A stretch of 64,000 nt of DNA from Candidatus Falkowbacteria bacterium (lineage in GTDB: Bacteria; Patescibacteriota; Patescibacteriia; CAIXNZ01), in the NCBI GenBank assembly GCA_963774955.1, contig CAVZGV010000003.1, forward strand, positions 192,771-256,770, written 5' to 3'. Made by a program: the position numbers and the translations under genes. This document shows positions 37,808 to 48,018 of the stretch, piece after piece (position 1 is the stretch's first letter; each line of letters starts with the position of its first letter). Under the pieces are notes generated by a model, which was not told where the DNA came from, did no database searches, and saw nothing but the letters and a program-made list of their open reading frames with translations.

Positions 37808-39284
37808 ATTTATTGTCGTTATTGTTTTGGCCATCGGATCCATTGTTTGTTTTGAAGATTTTAAATTTGGCAAAATTCGTAACAAGTGGATTAAGCTTGG
37901 GGCTCTTTTGGGCTTTTTGTTTTATTTTGTCTGCGGGATAATAACTATTTTATATAATTTAAATATTGTTAATTTTAGTTTTTACTTGGCAGATTATTAT
38001 CTGTTAGTTTTTTATAATACTCTAATTGCATTTATTTTGGGATTTATCCTCTGGTACTTTAAACTCTGGGCCGGTGGGGATGCTAAATTATTTACTCTTT
38101 ATGCATTTTTAATCCCATTGGAATTTTACGGTAACTGGTATTTTAAATATTGGCCGGCTTTGACTTTATTAATAAATATTATCCTGCCGATTTTTGTTTA
38201 TCTGTTGATTAAATTTTTACTTTATCCGATTAAACTGGGCATTAATTATTTGAAAAATCCGCGCTTGCTGGCCGAGTATTGCGGCAAATTTAAACAAGGA
38301 ACTGAATTTGATAAAACTAAAATAAAGACTTATATTAATGTTGCCTTAAGCTTTATCGTGATTTTAATATTTTTTCAGATTTTGAGGTCGCGGTTGGGTG
38401 ATTTGCTGACTCCATATCTTGGCCAGCTGCTCGTAGGCTTTTATTTTTTGATCGGTTTTGTGGTTTTTCAGCCCCTGCGAAAATTATTGCAAAAAAAAGA
38501 GTTATTGGTTTCTGTTTTGATCGCAGTATATTTTATTGCCGGCGCAATTTTTTTCAGGGAGACTGTTTTTGTTGATTTCCATAAAATATTTGCGCTGCAG
38601 TTTATTTTAATATTGTCATATTATTATATTTTTAAATACGGCCAGACATTGGGAAGATTTTTGTATAATTCAGCCGAGGTTAAAATGGTTCCTGCGGCAG
38701 AAATCGTAGCCGGAATGTATATCAATAAGGATTATATTCGCCAAATTTTAGGTTCCCGCTATAATTTTGAAGCATCAAAAAAGGAAATTTCTGCAAACTT
38801 AAATCCCGAGGAGGTAGCGCAATTGGAGAATATTTTAAAGTCCCGACAAAATGCAGCCGATAAATATTCTCGGTTACTCTCATCTTTGAGCCGTTTTAGC
38901 TTATCTTCAGTGCCGACTTTAATCCAACAGCTGTGGCAATTAAAACAGGAGAAAAAAATAGTGGCAAGTTTATTGGAAAAGATTAACGCCAAGCTGGATC
39001 AGGAACAAAAGGTTAAACTCCACAATTTATTAAATAAGCTTGATGAGAACCAAGTGTTTTTAAAATCCCTTAAAGGCAAATTAACCGTTGAACAGGCGAA
39101 TGATTTAAAAATCATAATTGCCAAGCGCAATCAGGAGGTTGTAAGTCAGGGCTTGGCACCTGTAGATACCATTATTCTGCATAAAACTTTTTCCTTTGCG
39201 CCCTGGATGCTTTTGGGGGTGATTATTACTTTGGTAACCAGAAGTTCATTGATCCATCTAATTTATCAATTATTTGGCAGGTAG
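37788..39284 (+). CDS. A24-family (prepilin/preflagellin-type) aspartic peptidase
   Basis: FEDFKFGKIRN and WAGGDAKLF carry the two catalytic Asp motifs; multi-TM; C-terminal TFSFAPWMLLG. Confidence 0.85.
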   Translation: MLNLVSKFIVVIVLAIGSIVCFEDFKFGKIRNKWIKLGALLGFLFYFVCGIITILYNLNIVNFSFYLADYYLLVFYNTLIAFILGFILWYFKLWAGGDAKLFTLYAFLIPLEFYGNWYFKYWPALTLLINIILPIFVYLLIKFLLYPIKLGINYLKNPRLLAEYCGKFKQGTEFDKTKIKTYINVALSFIVILIFFQILRSRLGDLLTPYLGQLLVGFYFLIGFVVFQPLRKLLQKKELLVSVLIAVYFIAGAIFFRETVFVDFHKIFALQFILILSYYYIFKYGQTLGRFLYNSAEVKMVPAAEIVAGMYINKDYIRQILGSRYNFEASKKEISANLNPEEVAQLENILKSRQNAADKYSRLLSSLSRFSLSSVPTLIQQLWQLKQEKKIVASLLEKINAKLDQEQKVKLHNLLNKLDENQVFLKSLKGKLTVEQANDLKIIIAKRNQEVVSQGLAPVDTIILHKTFSFAPWMLLGVIITLVTRSSLIHLIYQLFGR

Positions 39285-39400
39285 CATCTGGAGGCGTAAG
39301 TGGTTAAGATGCTTTTATATCCAACGGACTTTACAAGTAAATGTTTCCGATATATAATATATTTACTAATATTATTCTCAGTATATAAAATAAAAATATT

Positions 39401-39640
39401 ATGTTAGAAAATAAGGATTTACAACGAATTGGCCAAATTTTTGATGAGAAACTAGATCCTGTTAAGGCTAGTCTGAATTCTTTGGCAATGGAATTAGCAG
39501 ATATGAAAGCGACTTTAGCAAAAATTGATAAAAGAACTGATGAAGATACAACTGCTGCTTATGGGGAAATTGAGAAATTGAAAAAGAGAATCAGTTCTGT
39601 CGAAGAACAGATGAGAATTTTGCAAGCTCAAAAAGCCTAA
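39401..39640 (+). CDS. small coiled-coil protein
   Basis: 79-aa ORF with heptad pattern; terminator at 39667-39688. Confidence 0.65.
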   Translation: MLENKDLQRIGQIFDEKLDPVKASLNSLAMELADMKATLAKIDKRTDEDTTAAYGEIEKLKKRISSVEEQMRILQAQKA

Positions 39641-39721
39641 TTATATTGGCATTGATTTAAATATTTACCCCCGCATGCGGGGTTTTTTGATTTTTATGGA
39701 AATTTAAGCTAAACTTAGGAT

Positions 39722-41104
39722 ATGAAATTATACAATACTTTAACCCGTAAAATTGAAGAATTTAAGCCAATCAAGGGTAAGAATATCGGGCTCTACACTT
39801 GTGGGCCGACTGTTTATGATTATGATCATATTGGCCATGCCTGGAATTATGCTATGGCTGATTTTTTGCGCCGTACTTTGGAATATAATGGTTATAAGGT
39901 AAAGCATGTAATGAATGTTACTGACGTCGGGCATTTGGTTCATGATGCTGAATCCGGTGAAGATAAGATGGAAAAAAGTGCCCGAGAAAAAGGGAAGACA
40001 GCTTGGGAAATTGCTGAATTCTTTCTGGATATTTTTTTGGCTAATCGTAAAAAACTAAATTTGGAAGAACCTCGGGTGATTTGTAAAGCCACTGATCATA
40101 TCAAGGAAATGATAAAAATGGTTCAAATTTTATTGGACAAAGGCTATGCTTATGAGATTAGTGATGGTATTTATTTTGATACTTCAAAATTTTCGAAATA
40201 CGGGCAATTGTCAGGTAATACTTTAGAAAGTCTAAAGGAAGGCGCCAGAATAGAAATTAATCCTGAAAAGAAAAACCCGACCGATTTTGTCTTATGGAAA
40301 TTTTCAGCAGCAGGTGAAAAACGACAGATGGAATGGCAGGCTTTTGGCCAGATGGGTTTTCCTGGCTGGCACATTGAATGTTCAGCCATGAGCATGAAAT
40401 ATCTGGGTGAATCATTTGAATTACATACCGGAGGAGAAGATAACATCTTTCCTCATCATGAATGCGAAATTGCCCAGTCTGAAGGAGTAACAGGCAAACC
40501 TTTTGTGCGCTATTGGTTGCATACACGTTTTTTAATGGTCGATGGCCAGAAAATGTCCAAGTCGTTAAATAATTTTTATACTTTTGCTGATCTGGAAGCA
40601 AAAGGTTTTTCAGCTCTTGATTTGCGATATTTATTTTTAACCGCCCATTACCGTTCCCAGCTGAATTTTACCTGGCAAAGTCTGGATGCGGCTAAAACCG
40701 CCCGCGAACGTTTGAATAATTTTATTTTGGGTATAAAGAAAAAGGGTAAAATAAACAAACGTTATAAGGAAATGTTCCTGGAAAAGATTAATGAAGATTT
40801 GGACATGCCCGGGGCTATAGCCTTAGTTTGGCAAATGATTAAGGATAAAAATGTTAGTGATGAAGATAAGAAGGCGACTTTGTTTGATTGGGATAAAGTC
40901 TTGGGCTTGGATTTAGCGAAATTAAAAAAAGAAAAAATAAAAATCCCCAAGGAGGTTGAGGCTTTAGTTAAAGCCAGGGAAGAGGCCAGACAGAATAAGG
41001 CTTGGGGTAAATCGGATGAACTGAGAAATAAAATCGAGGGCTTGGGTTTTTCAGTTGAAGATACTGCAAACGGCTCAATTGTTAAAAAAAATAATTTTAA
41101 ATAA
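39722..41104 (+). CDS. cysS: cysteine--tRNA ligase
   Basis: YTCGPTVYD, HIGH, GFPGWHIECSAM, FPHHECEIAQ, KMSKS. Confidence 0.97.
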   Translation: MKLYNTLTRKIEEFKPIKGKNIGLYTCGPTVYDYDHIGHAWNYAMADFLRRTLEYNGYKVKHVMNVTDVGHLVHDAESGEDKMEKSAREKGKTAWEIAEFFLDIFLANRKKLNLEEPRVICKATDHIKEMIKMVQILLDKGYAYEISDGIYFDTSKFSKYGQLSGNTLESLKEGARIEINPEKKNPTDFVLWKFSAAGEKRQMEWQAFGQMGFPGWHIECSAMSMKYLGESFELHTGGEDNIFPHHECEIAQSEGVTGKPFVRYWLHTRFLMVDGQKMSKSLNNFYTFADLEAKGFSALDLRYLFLTAHYRSQLNFTWQSLDAAKTARERLNNFILGIKKKGKINKRYKEMFLEKINEDLDMPGAIALVWQMIKDKNVSDEDKKATLFDWDKVLGLDLAKLKKEKIKIPKEVEALVKAREEARQNKAWGKSDELRNKIEGLGFSVEDTANGSIVKKNNFK

Positions 41105-41117
41105 TAACTTTTATCTT

Positions 41118-41885
41118 ATGGGCATTTTTGATAAAATTTTTCCTGATAAAATAAAACCTAAAAGTTCGGATCCGGTGTCATATACTGAGATGTCGGACGC
41201 TGATTTAAAAGCCAAACAGGCTGCAGACAAAGCAGCGGCTTCGGTTAAGGCCGAACTATTATTAAAAAAAAGGAAGAAGGACATTCCTGAATATCAACAG
41301 GAATATTTAGAAGTTTCGAAAGAAATTGAATCAGTTAAAAATGATCGGAGGATTAATTCTTACTGGCTTGAGCGGGGTGGCGGTGATTTTCCAAAAATTG
41401 TGAATATGAATCATCGGCTGCAGGAATTGCAAGTTAAAAAGTCTCAACTGGATCGTATTTTAGGAAAAAATGCGGTTAAATTAGAGAAAGAATCATGCAA
41501 ACCATCATTGCAACGGCTGATTGAACGGACTAAAATGATGCACTCTGATTTAAATAATAACGAAGAGTGGGTTATGAGACGTTACGTAGATATATTGTCA
41601 ACGCTGGAGGCCATATCTAAAGATATTGCCGATGAAGATAATTTGGTAGATTATATTGATAATAAAATTAATTCTTTTGAAGAAAAATTTAGTAAGGCAA
41701 AAGATGATACTCTGCAGCATTATAAATATGCAGAAAATCTGGGGAAATTGAGAATTACCAAAGCTTGGGTTTTTGCGTATGCTGAAGAATGGGCGCAATA
41801 TCATCGACCAAAGGCCTGGGCAATGTATCAGGATGTTGAAAAGATCCCGGGATCAATGGAGGCTCAGCCAGCTGTTGCTAGCTAA
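41118..41885 (+). CDS. hypothetical protein
   Basis: Helical ORF starting MGIFDK. Confidence 0.65.
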   Translation: MGIFDKIFPDKIKPKSSDPVSYTEMSDADLKAKQAADKAAASVKAELLLKKRKKDIPEYQQEYLEVSKEIESVKNDRRINSYWLERGGGDFPKIVNMNHRLQELQVKKSQLDRILGKNAVKLEKESCKPSLQRLIERTKMMHSDLNNNEEWVMRRYVDILSTLEAISKDIADEDNLVDYIDNKINSFEEKFSKAKDDTLQHYKYAENLGKLRITKAWVFAYAEEWAQYHRPKAWAMYQDVEKIPGSMEAQPAVAS

Positions 41886-41893
41886 TTTAAAAT

Positions 41894-42373
41894 ATGAATC
41901 AAGAAAAAATACCCACGATGGAAAGCAGTCGCGATCAGCTTTTAGCCTTGGAAAAAACAGGGCAGTATTTGTTTCACGGGTCAATGGGCTCTTTTGAATC
42001 ATTAGAACCGCGGCAGGCGATTAATGATAATGAGCTAACAAGAAAAAGGGAACAACATGGCGAACCGGCTATCTGTGCTACACCTTTTGCGGACGTGGCC
42101 ATTTTTTCAGCCTTGATTAAAGCTAATGCCCACAATATTAAAGATGAATCAAACTGCAGATATGACCTTGATGGTTCTAATTTTGAAACCACGCCAAATC
42201 TGCTGGCCGCTGCCCAAAAAACAACAGGCAAGGTTTACGTCTTAGATAAAAATGATTTTCAACTTTTTGGAGGCGAAGGCTATGAATGGCGCAGTGATAA
42301 AAATGTTGTTCCTGTTAAGGTGATTGAGGTTACGGCAGAAGATTTGCCGAAGAATATTAAAGTGATTGAATAA
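41894..42373 (+). CDS. hypothetical protein
   Basis: YLFHGS...LEPRQA...PAICATP...GKVYVL...EWRS...P motif pattern. Confidence 0.7.
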   Translation: MNQEKIPTMESSRDQLLALEKTGQYLFHGSMGSFESLEPRQAINDNELTRKREQHGEPAICATPFADVAIFSALIKANAHNIKDESNCRYDLDGSNFETTPNLLAAAQKTTGKVYVLDKNDFQLFGGEGYEWRSDKNVVPVKVIEVTAEDLPKNIKVIE

Positions 42374-42396
42374 TTTTTATTTTTTAAAAAATGCCG

Positions 42397-42420
42397 CCCT
42401 TCGACTATGCTCAGGGTGAC
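42397..42420. repeat. REP-like palindrome
   Basis: CCCTTCGACTATGCTCAGGGTGAC, GC-rich within an AT-rich intergenic region. Confidence 0.6.
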
Positions 42421-42429
42421 ATTTGGTCT

Positions 42430-43371
42430 ATGAAACAAAATTTTTGGATAAAATTGAAGAAACCGATTATTGCCTTGGCGCCGATGGCGGGGATTAATGA
42501 CATGGCTTTTCGGCAGCTTTGTAAAAAATATGGCGCTGATGTGGTTTATTCGGAAATGGTTTCAGTGGATGGGTTGTTTTATAAATCAGACAAGACTTTT
42601 GAATTAATGAAATTTAATAAAAAGGAAAAACCATTGTGATTCAGCTTTTTGGCAATAAGCCGGAACTTTTTGCTAAGGCAGCTAAAGAAGTGGAAAAAAT
42701 CGGAGCTGATGGCGTGGATATTAATTTTGGCTGCCCGGCACCGAAGATTTATAAAATTATGGGCGGGGTTAGATTGATGCGCGATTTTAATTTATGTTAT
42801 GAAATTGTCAAAGCGACTTGTGCAGCTGTAAAAATTCCGGTTTCTATTAAAATCAGAATCGGCATAGGTAAAGTGACCGGTTTGGATTTGGTTAATAAAA
42901 TTAAGGATTTGCCTATTAGCGCAATTATGGTGCATGGCCGCAGTTTTGAGCAGGCATTTAGGGGCGAGGCTGATTTAGAGGCCATTAAACGCATAAAAAA
43001 GGCCTTTGGAGGTGTTGTTTTAGGCAATGGGGGAATTTATACCCCGGAAAAGGCCAAAGATATGCTGGTGCAAACAGGAGTTGACGGGATTGGTTTGGCC
43101 CAGGGAGTTTTGGGTAAACCCTGGCTGTTTAAGCAGGTTAAGGATTATTTAAAATCAGGCAAATATAAGGAATTGAATTTTAAGCAAATAAAAAAAGTCG
43201 CGTTGGCTCATGCGGCTTTAAATTATAAATTAAAAGGCAAGGTTGGCATCCTGGAAATGCGCAAACATCTGGGCTGGTATTTTAAAGGTTTTCGCGGGCG
43301 CGTCTGATTTGAGGAAAAAGTTGGTGCAGGTGGAGACTTTAAAAGATATTAAGGGAATTCTGAGTAAATAA
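42430..43371 (+). CDS. dusB: tRNA-dihydrouridine synthase, two apparent frameshifts (~42635, ~43290)
   Basis: LAPMAG, YSEMVS, QLFG, DINFGCP, VHGR, GNGGI, EMRKHLGWY. Confidence 0.88.
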
Positions 43372-43431
43372 AAACACCATTTGTCATACGCGACCGAAGC
43401 GGAGGTACGTGAACAAATGGTGTTTTTTTTT
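43371..43431. terminator. bidirectional terminator with an unusually large GC-rich loop
   Basis: AAAACACCATTTGT ... ACAAATGGTGTTTT between convergent dus and corA. Confidence 0.65.
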
Positions 43432-44362
43432 AAATCCATTTTTTGTATTTGAAATAACTGGCCATGGCCAAAGTCGCGATAAGCATTATTGATATAATTT
43501 GCCAGAAATCAAAATTTGATCCGACAATCGGCATATGGGCTACATTCATGCCAAAAATCGCCGCCATTAAAGTCAAGGGAAAAACAATAACTGAAAATAT
43601 TGTCAGAGTTCTCATTATATCGTTAAGTTTGAAAGTAACCAGGGCATTGTTGGTGTCTTCAAGCGCATCAATGGTCGCCTGATAGTTGCTCAATGTGTTC
43701 CAGATTTCTTGGGTATAATCAGTTAAATTCCGGTAAAATATTTTTGTTTCTTGCCCGTTAGTCAGATTATTTAATTTTTGTTCTATCACTTTATTTATTA
43801 TCCAAAGATGGCTCTGCATGATTTTCCGGAAATAGACAATGTTTCGCTTTATAACTAATATTTCTTCAACAGTTTCCCTTTCTCTTTTGGCAAAAATATT
43901 TTTTTCAATGGTGTTGATATCAAGGCTGAAATGGTCTAGCATCGGAAAAAGAGATAAATAAAGGCGATCTAACATTTCATGAAGCAGCATTGTTGAACCG
44001 TCGTTTAAATAAGTTTCTCGTTCATTTTTATTTTCAGCGCAGATATTAAAAAAATCAATCAGGGGTTTGAGTTGGTTATAATGAATTGTAATCAGATGGT
44101 CTTTGGTCACCAGAATATCAATTTCAGCCGGTGTGATCTCTCGTGTTTTTCGGTTGTATAACGGGAAAATTATGACCATAAAAATATAATTTGGTCTGAT
44201 GATAACTTTTGGCCGCTGGGCATGTTTATGAGCCAGAGAATCATTCAAATCTGATTCTTCAAATTTAAATTTTTTTCGCAAATAATCAATTTCTTTTTCT
44301 GAGGCATTGGTAATATCCAGCCAGGAAAGTTCGGAGGTTTTTACAATTTGTGATTGGGACAT
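43430..44362 (-). CDS. corA: CorA-family Mg2+/Co2+ transporter
   Basis: LNDIMRTLTIFSVIVFPLTLMAAIFGMN; two C-terminal TM; KKWI end. Confidence 0.93.
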   Translation of the reverse strand: MSQSQIVKTSELSWLDITNASEKEIDYLRKKFKFEESDLNDSLAHKHAQRPKVIIRPNYIFMVIIFPLYNRKTREITPAEIDILVTKDHLITIHYNQLKPLIDFFNICAENKNERETYLNDGSTMLLHEMLDRLYLSLFPMLDHFSLDINTIEKNIFAKRERETVEEILVIKRNIVYFRKIMQSHLWIINKVIEQKLNNLTNGQETKIFYRNLTDYTQEIWNTLSNYQATIDALEDTNNALVTFKLNDIMRTLTIFSVIVFPLTLMAAIFGMNVAHMPIVGSNFDFWQIISIMLIATLAMASYFKYKKWI

Positions 44363-44596
44363 GTGTATTGGGTTAATTTTTGTTTGAATTTATTATAGCA
44401 TAAAATTGAGGATTCAGGAACCTGGATCTAGGTTTAGAGCATCTCACCTGTAGGATTTTGAATAAATATAGCAACAGTAACTGGCATTAGGATTTTACCG
44501 CCTATATGCTGTGTATAGTAATTTGGCTAGTTTTCGTTTCTATGGTATATTTTAGGTAGTTAGTTTGGAAGCGAATTTAACTAATTTTTATAGTTT

Positions 44597-45142
44597 ATGC
44601 CTAAAAAAATTCAGGATATTACAGCCAAACCAGAAACACCCCAGGATTTACCTAATCAGGAAATACCGGTTCAGCCAGAGATGCCGGAAGAGGTTGAAGT
44701 TGAAAAAAAGATTGAAGTGGAAAAAGCCCCGACTTTTCCTACTGAAGGCGCAATTGGTGCTGAGCAACAAGAAGCGGTTATGCCGGCGCAAGTTATTGCA
44801 CCCGCAGCTCCTCAGCCTCCGGTTAAAAGTCCGACCCTGGAAAAAATTGAAAATATATTGCAGGAAGATTTGCAGGATATTTATTTTCAGCTGCCGCCCA
44901 AAAAGCAGGCTGAATTTCGTGAGGTCGGCGAAGAAACAGCGACCAGGATTGCAAAAATGATGAGTGGCGTCAAGATTCATGTCAAGAAAATATTAGAGCT
45001 GATCATTAATTGGCTCAAAATAATTCCCGGATTGAATAGATATTTCTTGGAACAGGAAGCGAAAATTAAAACCGATGAGATATTAAAACTTAAGCAGGAT
45101 CAAAAACAATCAAATTCAGGCGGGGATCAGAATAAAATCTAG
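44597..45142 (+). CDS. hypothetical protein
   Basis: Low-complexity N-terminus; WLKIIPGLNRYFLEQEAKIKTDEI C-terminus. Confidence 0.75.
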   Translation: MPKKIQDITAKPETPQDLPNQEIPVQPEMPEEVEVEKKIEVEKAPTFPTEGAIGAEQQEAVMPAQVIAPAAPQPPVKSPTLEKIENILQEDLQDIYFQLPPKKQAEFREVGEETATRIAKMMSGVKIHVKKILELIINWLKIIPGLNRYFLEQEAKIKTDEILKLKQDQKQSNSGGDQNKI

Positions 45143-45204
45143 AGGATTAATAAAAATAAAATCACTGACTGAGGCGGCTCCGCTCAACAGTCAGAAAAAA
45201 CAAA

Positions 45205-47774
45205 ATGCCAGAATACCCACAACAATTGGATTTATTTAGTTTAACAGGCCCGGAACTTTGGGTGGTTTGGGGTATTATTTTAGTACTCATTGTTTTCGCC
45301 GTGATGTTTTTATTTTTTATTATCACCAGGATTACCCGGCTGTTTTTCAAAAAAGCCGCGACTTTTAAACAAATGGTTTTGCTGGTTACTGTGCCAAGAT
45401 ATAAGCAGGTGGAACAAGGACAGACCGGACAGCAGCCCAAGTCACAGCAGGAATTGGCGGAAAAAATATCTAAGATGGAAGCTTTTTTTGCCAATATAGC
45501 CGGTTTGACCTCCAAAAAGGCTTTAAATATCAATTCATGCCGCGCAATGACCATTTTTCCTTTGAAATAGTGATGAAGGAAAAATTGATATATTTTTATG
45601 TGGTCGCGCCCAGAATCTGGCGGGATTATATTGAACAGCAGGTGACGGCCCAATTTTCTGAAGCCATGGTTGAAGAGGTCGAGGATTATAATATTTTTCG
45701 GCCAACCGGTGTTGTTGTCGGTTCAATGCTGAAATTTAAAAAAGAATATATATTTCCCATCAAGACTTATAAAAAACTGGAAACAGATTCGCTCAATGCC
45801 TTAACAAATGCCTTGAGCAAATTGGATGTCGATGCTGGCGCTGCCATCCAGTATATTGTCCGTTCAGCTAATCCTGAATGGCATAAATGGGGGCAAAAAA
45901 CAGCCTTCGAAGCCTATCAGGGCAAGAAATTAGGCGATGCCATTAATAAGGCACGTAAAGGGTTTTCTTTGGAAAAGTTTAATGATGTTTTAAAGGACGC
46001 AGGCTTGATCAGCAGCAAAAAACCTGAAGGTCAGGAGCCACCAAAGAATTATCAACTTTCTGATTTTGAGAAAGAAACAATTAAGGGTATTGAAGAAAAG
46101 GCAGCCAAAGGCGGTGTCGAAGTAAATATCCGCGTGATTGTTTCAGCCCCGAATAAGGAAAAGGCTAATGAATATTTGGACAATATTTTGAACAGTTTTG
46201 GTCAATTTAATATTTATGAATACGGTAATGCTTTTAAACGGTATAAACGCAACAAAGATAAATTAATTTCTGATTTTATTTTTCGTGAATTTGATGAGTA
46301 TGCCAAGATGATTATGAATACGGAAGAAATAACTTCTTTATTTCACTTTCCATCGGGCCATGTTGAAACTCCCAATATTGTTTGGTTGGCAGCCAAAAAG
46401 ATTTCTCCGCCAGCTGAATTGCCGACTGAAGGTTGTTTGGTCGGTTACAATGATTTTCGTAATATGTACCGTGATATTTATTTAACGGACGAGGATAGAC
46501 GTCGTCATGTTTACATCATTGGGCAAACCGGTACCGGTAAATCTCAATTGCAGATTAATATGGTTATACAGGATATGGTTAATGGTAAGGGGTTATGTTT
46601 TATTGATCCTCATGGTGATACGATTGACAGCATTTTGGAATTTGTGCCCAAGGAAAGGGCAGAAGATGTGATTATTTTTGATCCCTCAGATATAGAGCGT
46701 CCGGTTGCCTTGAATATGATGGAATTTGAGCGGCCGGAACAGAAAGGCTTGGTTATCAATGAAATGATGAATATTTTTGATAAATTGTATGATTTGAAAT
46801 CAACCGGCGGTCCTATTTTTGAACAGTACATGAGAAATACCATGCTTTTGATGATGGAAGATCCAGAATCAGGTTCTACCTTGCTGGAAGTATCCAAAGT
46901 TTTGTCGGATTCTGATTTTAGGAAATACAAATTAACTAAAGCTAAAACTCAGGTGGTTAAAGATTTCTGGGAAAAAGAAGCTGAAAAAGCAGGCGGTGAG
47001 GCATCTTTGGCTAATATGGTTCCTTATATTACTTCCAAGCTGACTTCTTTTATTGCCAATGATATAATGCGTCCGATTGTTTCTCAGCAAAAAAGCGCCT
47101 TTAGTTTCAGGGAAGCCATGGATCAGCGAAAAATTATTATGGTTAAACTGTCTAAAGGTTTAATCGGCGAAATCAATGCCAATTTGCTCGGTATGGTTAT
47201 TGTCGGTAAAATTTTGCTGGCCGCCTTATGCCGGGTTGATCAGCCGGAAAAAGATAGACAGGATTTTTATTTGTATATTGATGAATTTCAGAACTTCTTA
47301 ACTGAAGGTATTCAGGTAATTTTATCTGAAGCCAGGAAATACCGTTTGTGCTTGACCATTGCCCATCAGTTCATCGGTCAATTGGTGAAAAATAATGATA
47401 CCAAATTTAAGGATGCGATTTTCGGCAACGTCGGTACCATGATTGCTTTTCGTATTGGTGTCGAAGATGCCGAACTTTTTGCCAAGCAATTTACACCTGT
47501 AATTAATCAGTTTGACGTCATGAATGTGCCTAATTTCTTGGGCTATATGAAACCATTGATTAACGGTAAAACAGTTGATCCCTTTAGTTTTCACATAACC
47601 GCATTTGAAAAACGTCCTCAGGCCAATAAACAACTGGCCGCTGCCATTAAAGAATTATCACGTTTGAAATACGGACGAGACAGGAATATTGTTGAGGCGG
47701 AAATTATTGAAAGAACTCGAACAGCTGGTGCCCAGACACCGGCTGAAGATGCAGAAGAGGACTTCTTCGCATAA
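45205..47774 (+). CDS. membrane-anchored VirD4/TraG/HerA-like P-loop ATPase (frameshift near 45515)
   Basis: HVYIIGQTGTGKS Walker A, IDPHGD, LYIDEFQNF, SEARKYRL; N-terminal TM fragment 45205-45570 in an adjacent frame. Confidence 0.85.
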
Positions 47775-47860
47775 CTACAGATTACAGATTTTTACAGATA
47801 TACGAAGTACTTAAAGGTACCCTCGCCATCTGTATATCTGTATGTATCTGTAATCTGTAG
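47775..47860. repeat. ORF-less short-period inverted-repeat element
   Basis: TACAGAT units then ATCTGTA units; perfect 15-bp terminal IR CTACAGATTACAGAT/ATCTGTAATCTGTAG. Confidence 0.75.
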
Positions 47861-47903
47861 AAGTTAGAGTTATAATCCAACTAACATTTAATCCATAATA
47901 TGT

Positions 47904-47973
47904 CCGGCCTCCTACGCTTCCGCCTTAGCTCCTTAAGAGCTAAGGCGGATAAAAAAGCTTCGGAGGCCAGAGG
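47904..47973. repeat. nested REP-like palindromes
   Basis: GGCCTCCTACGCT[TCCGCCTTAGC-TCCTTAAGA-GCTAAGGCGGATAAA]AAAGCTTCGGAGGCC. Confidence 0.7.
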
Positions 47974-48018
47974 GTCAAGTTATTAAGTAAATTTCAAATA
48001 GTAAATAAATTACAACCT

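Noticed and set aside
42391-42429. N-terminal MPPFDYAQGDIWS extension of Dus
   Set aside because: Translation of the REP-like palindrome; the real start is probably ATG 42430
42630-43300. Programmed frameshifting in dus
   Set aside because: Two separate indels, one in a homopolymer, and similar breaks elsewhere point to sequencing error
45205-47774. VirD4/TraG-like ATPase as evidence of a conjugative element
   Set aside because: No relaxase or other T4SS genes nearby; it sits among housekeeping genes
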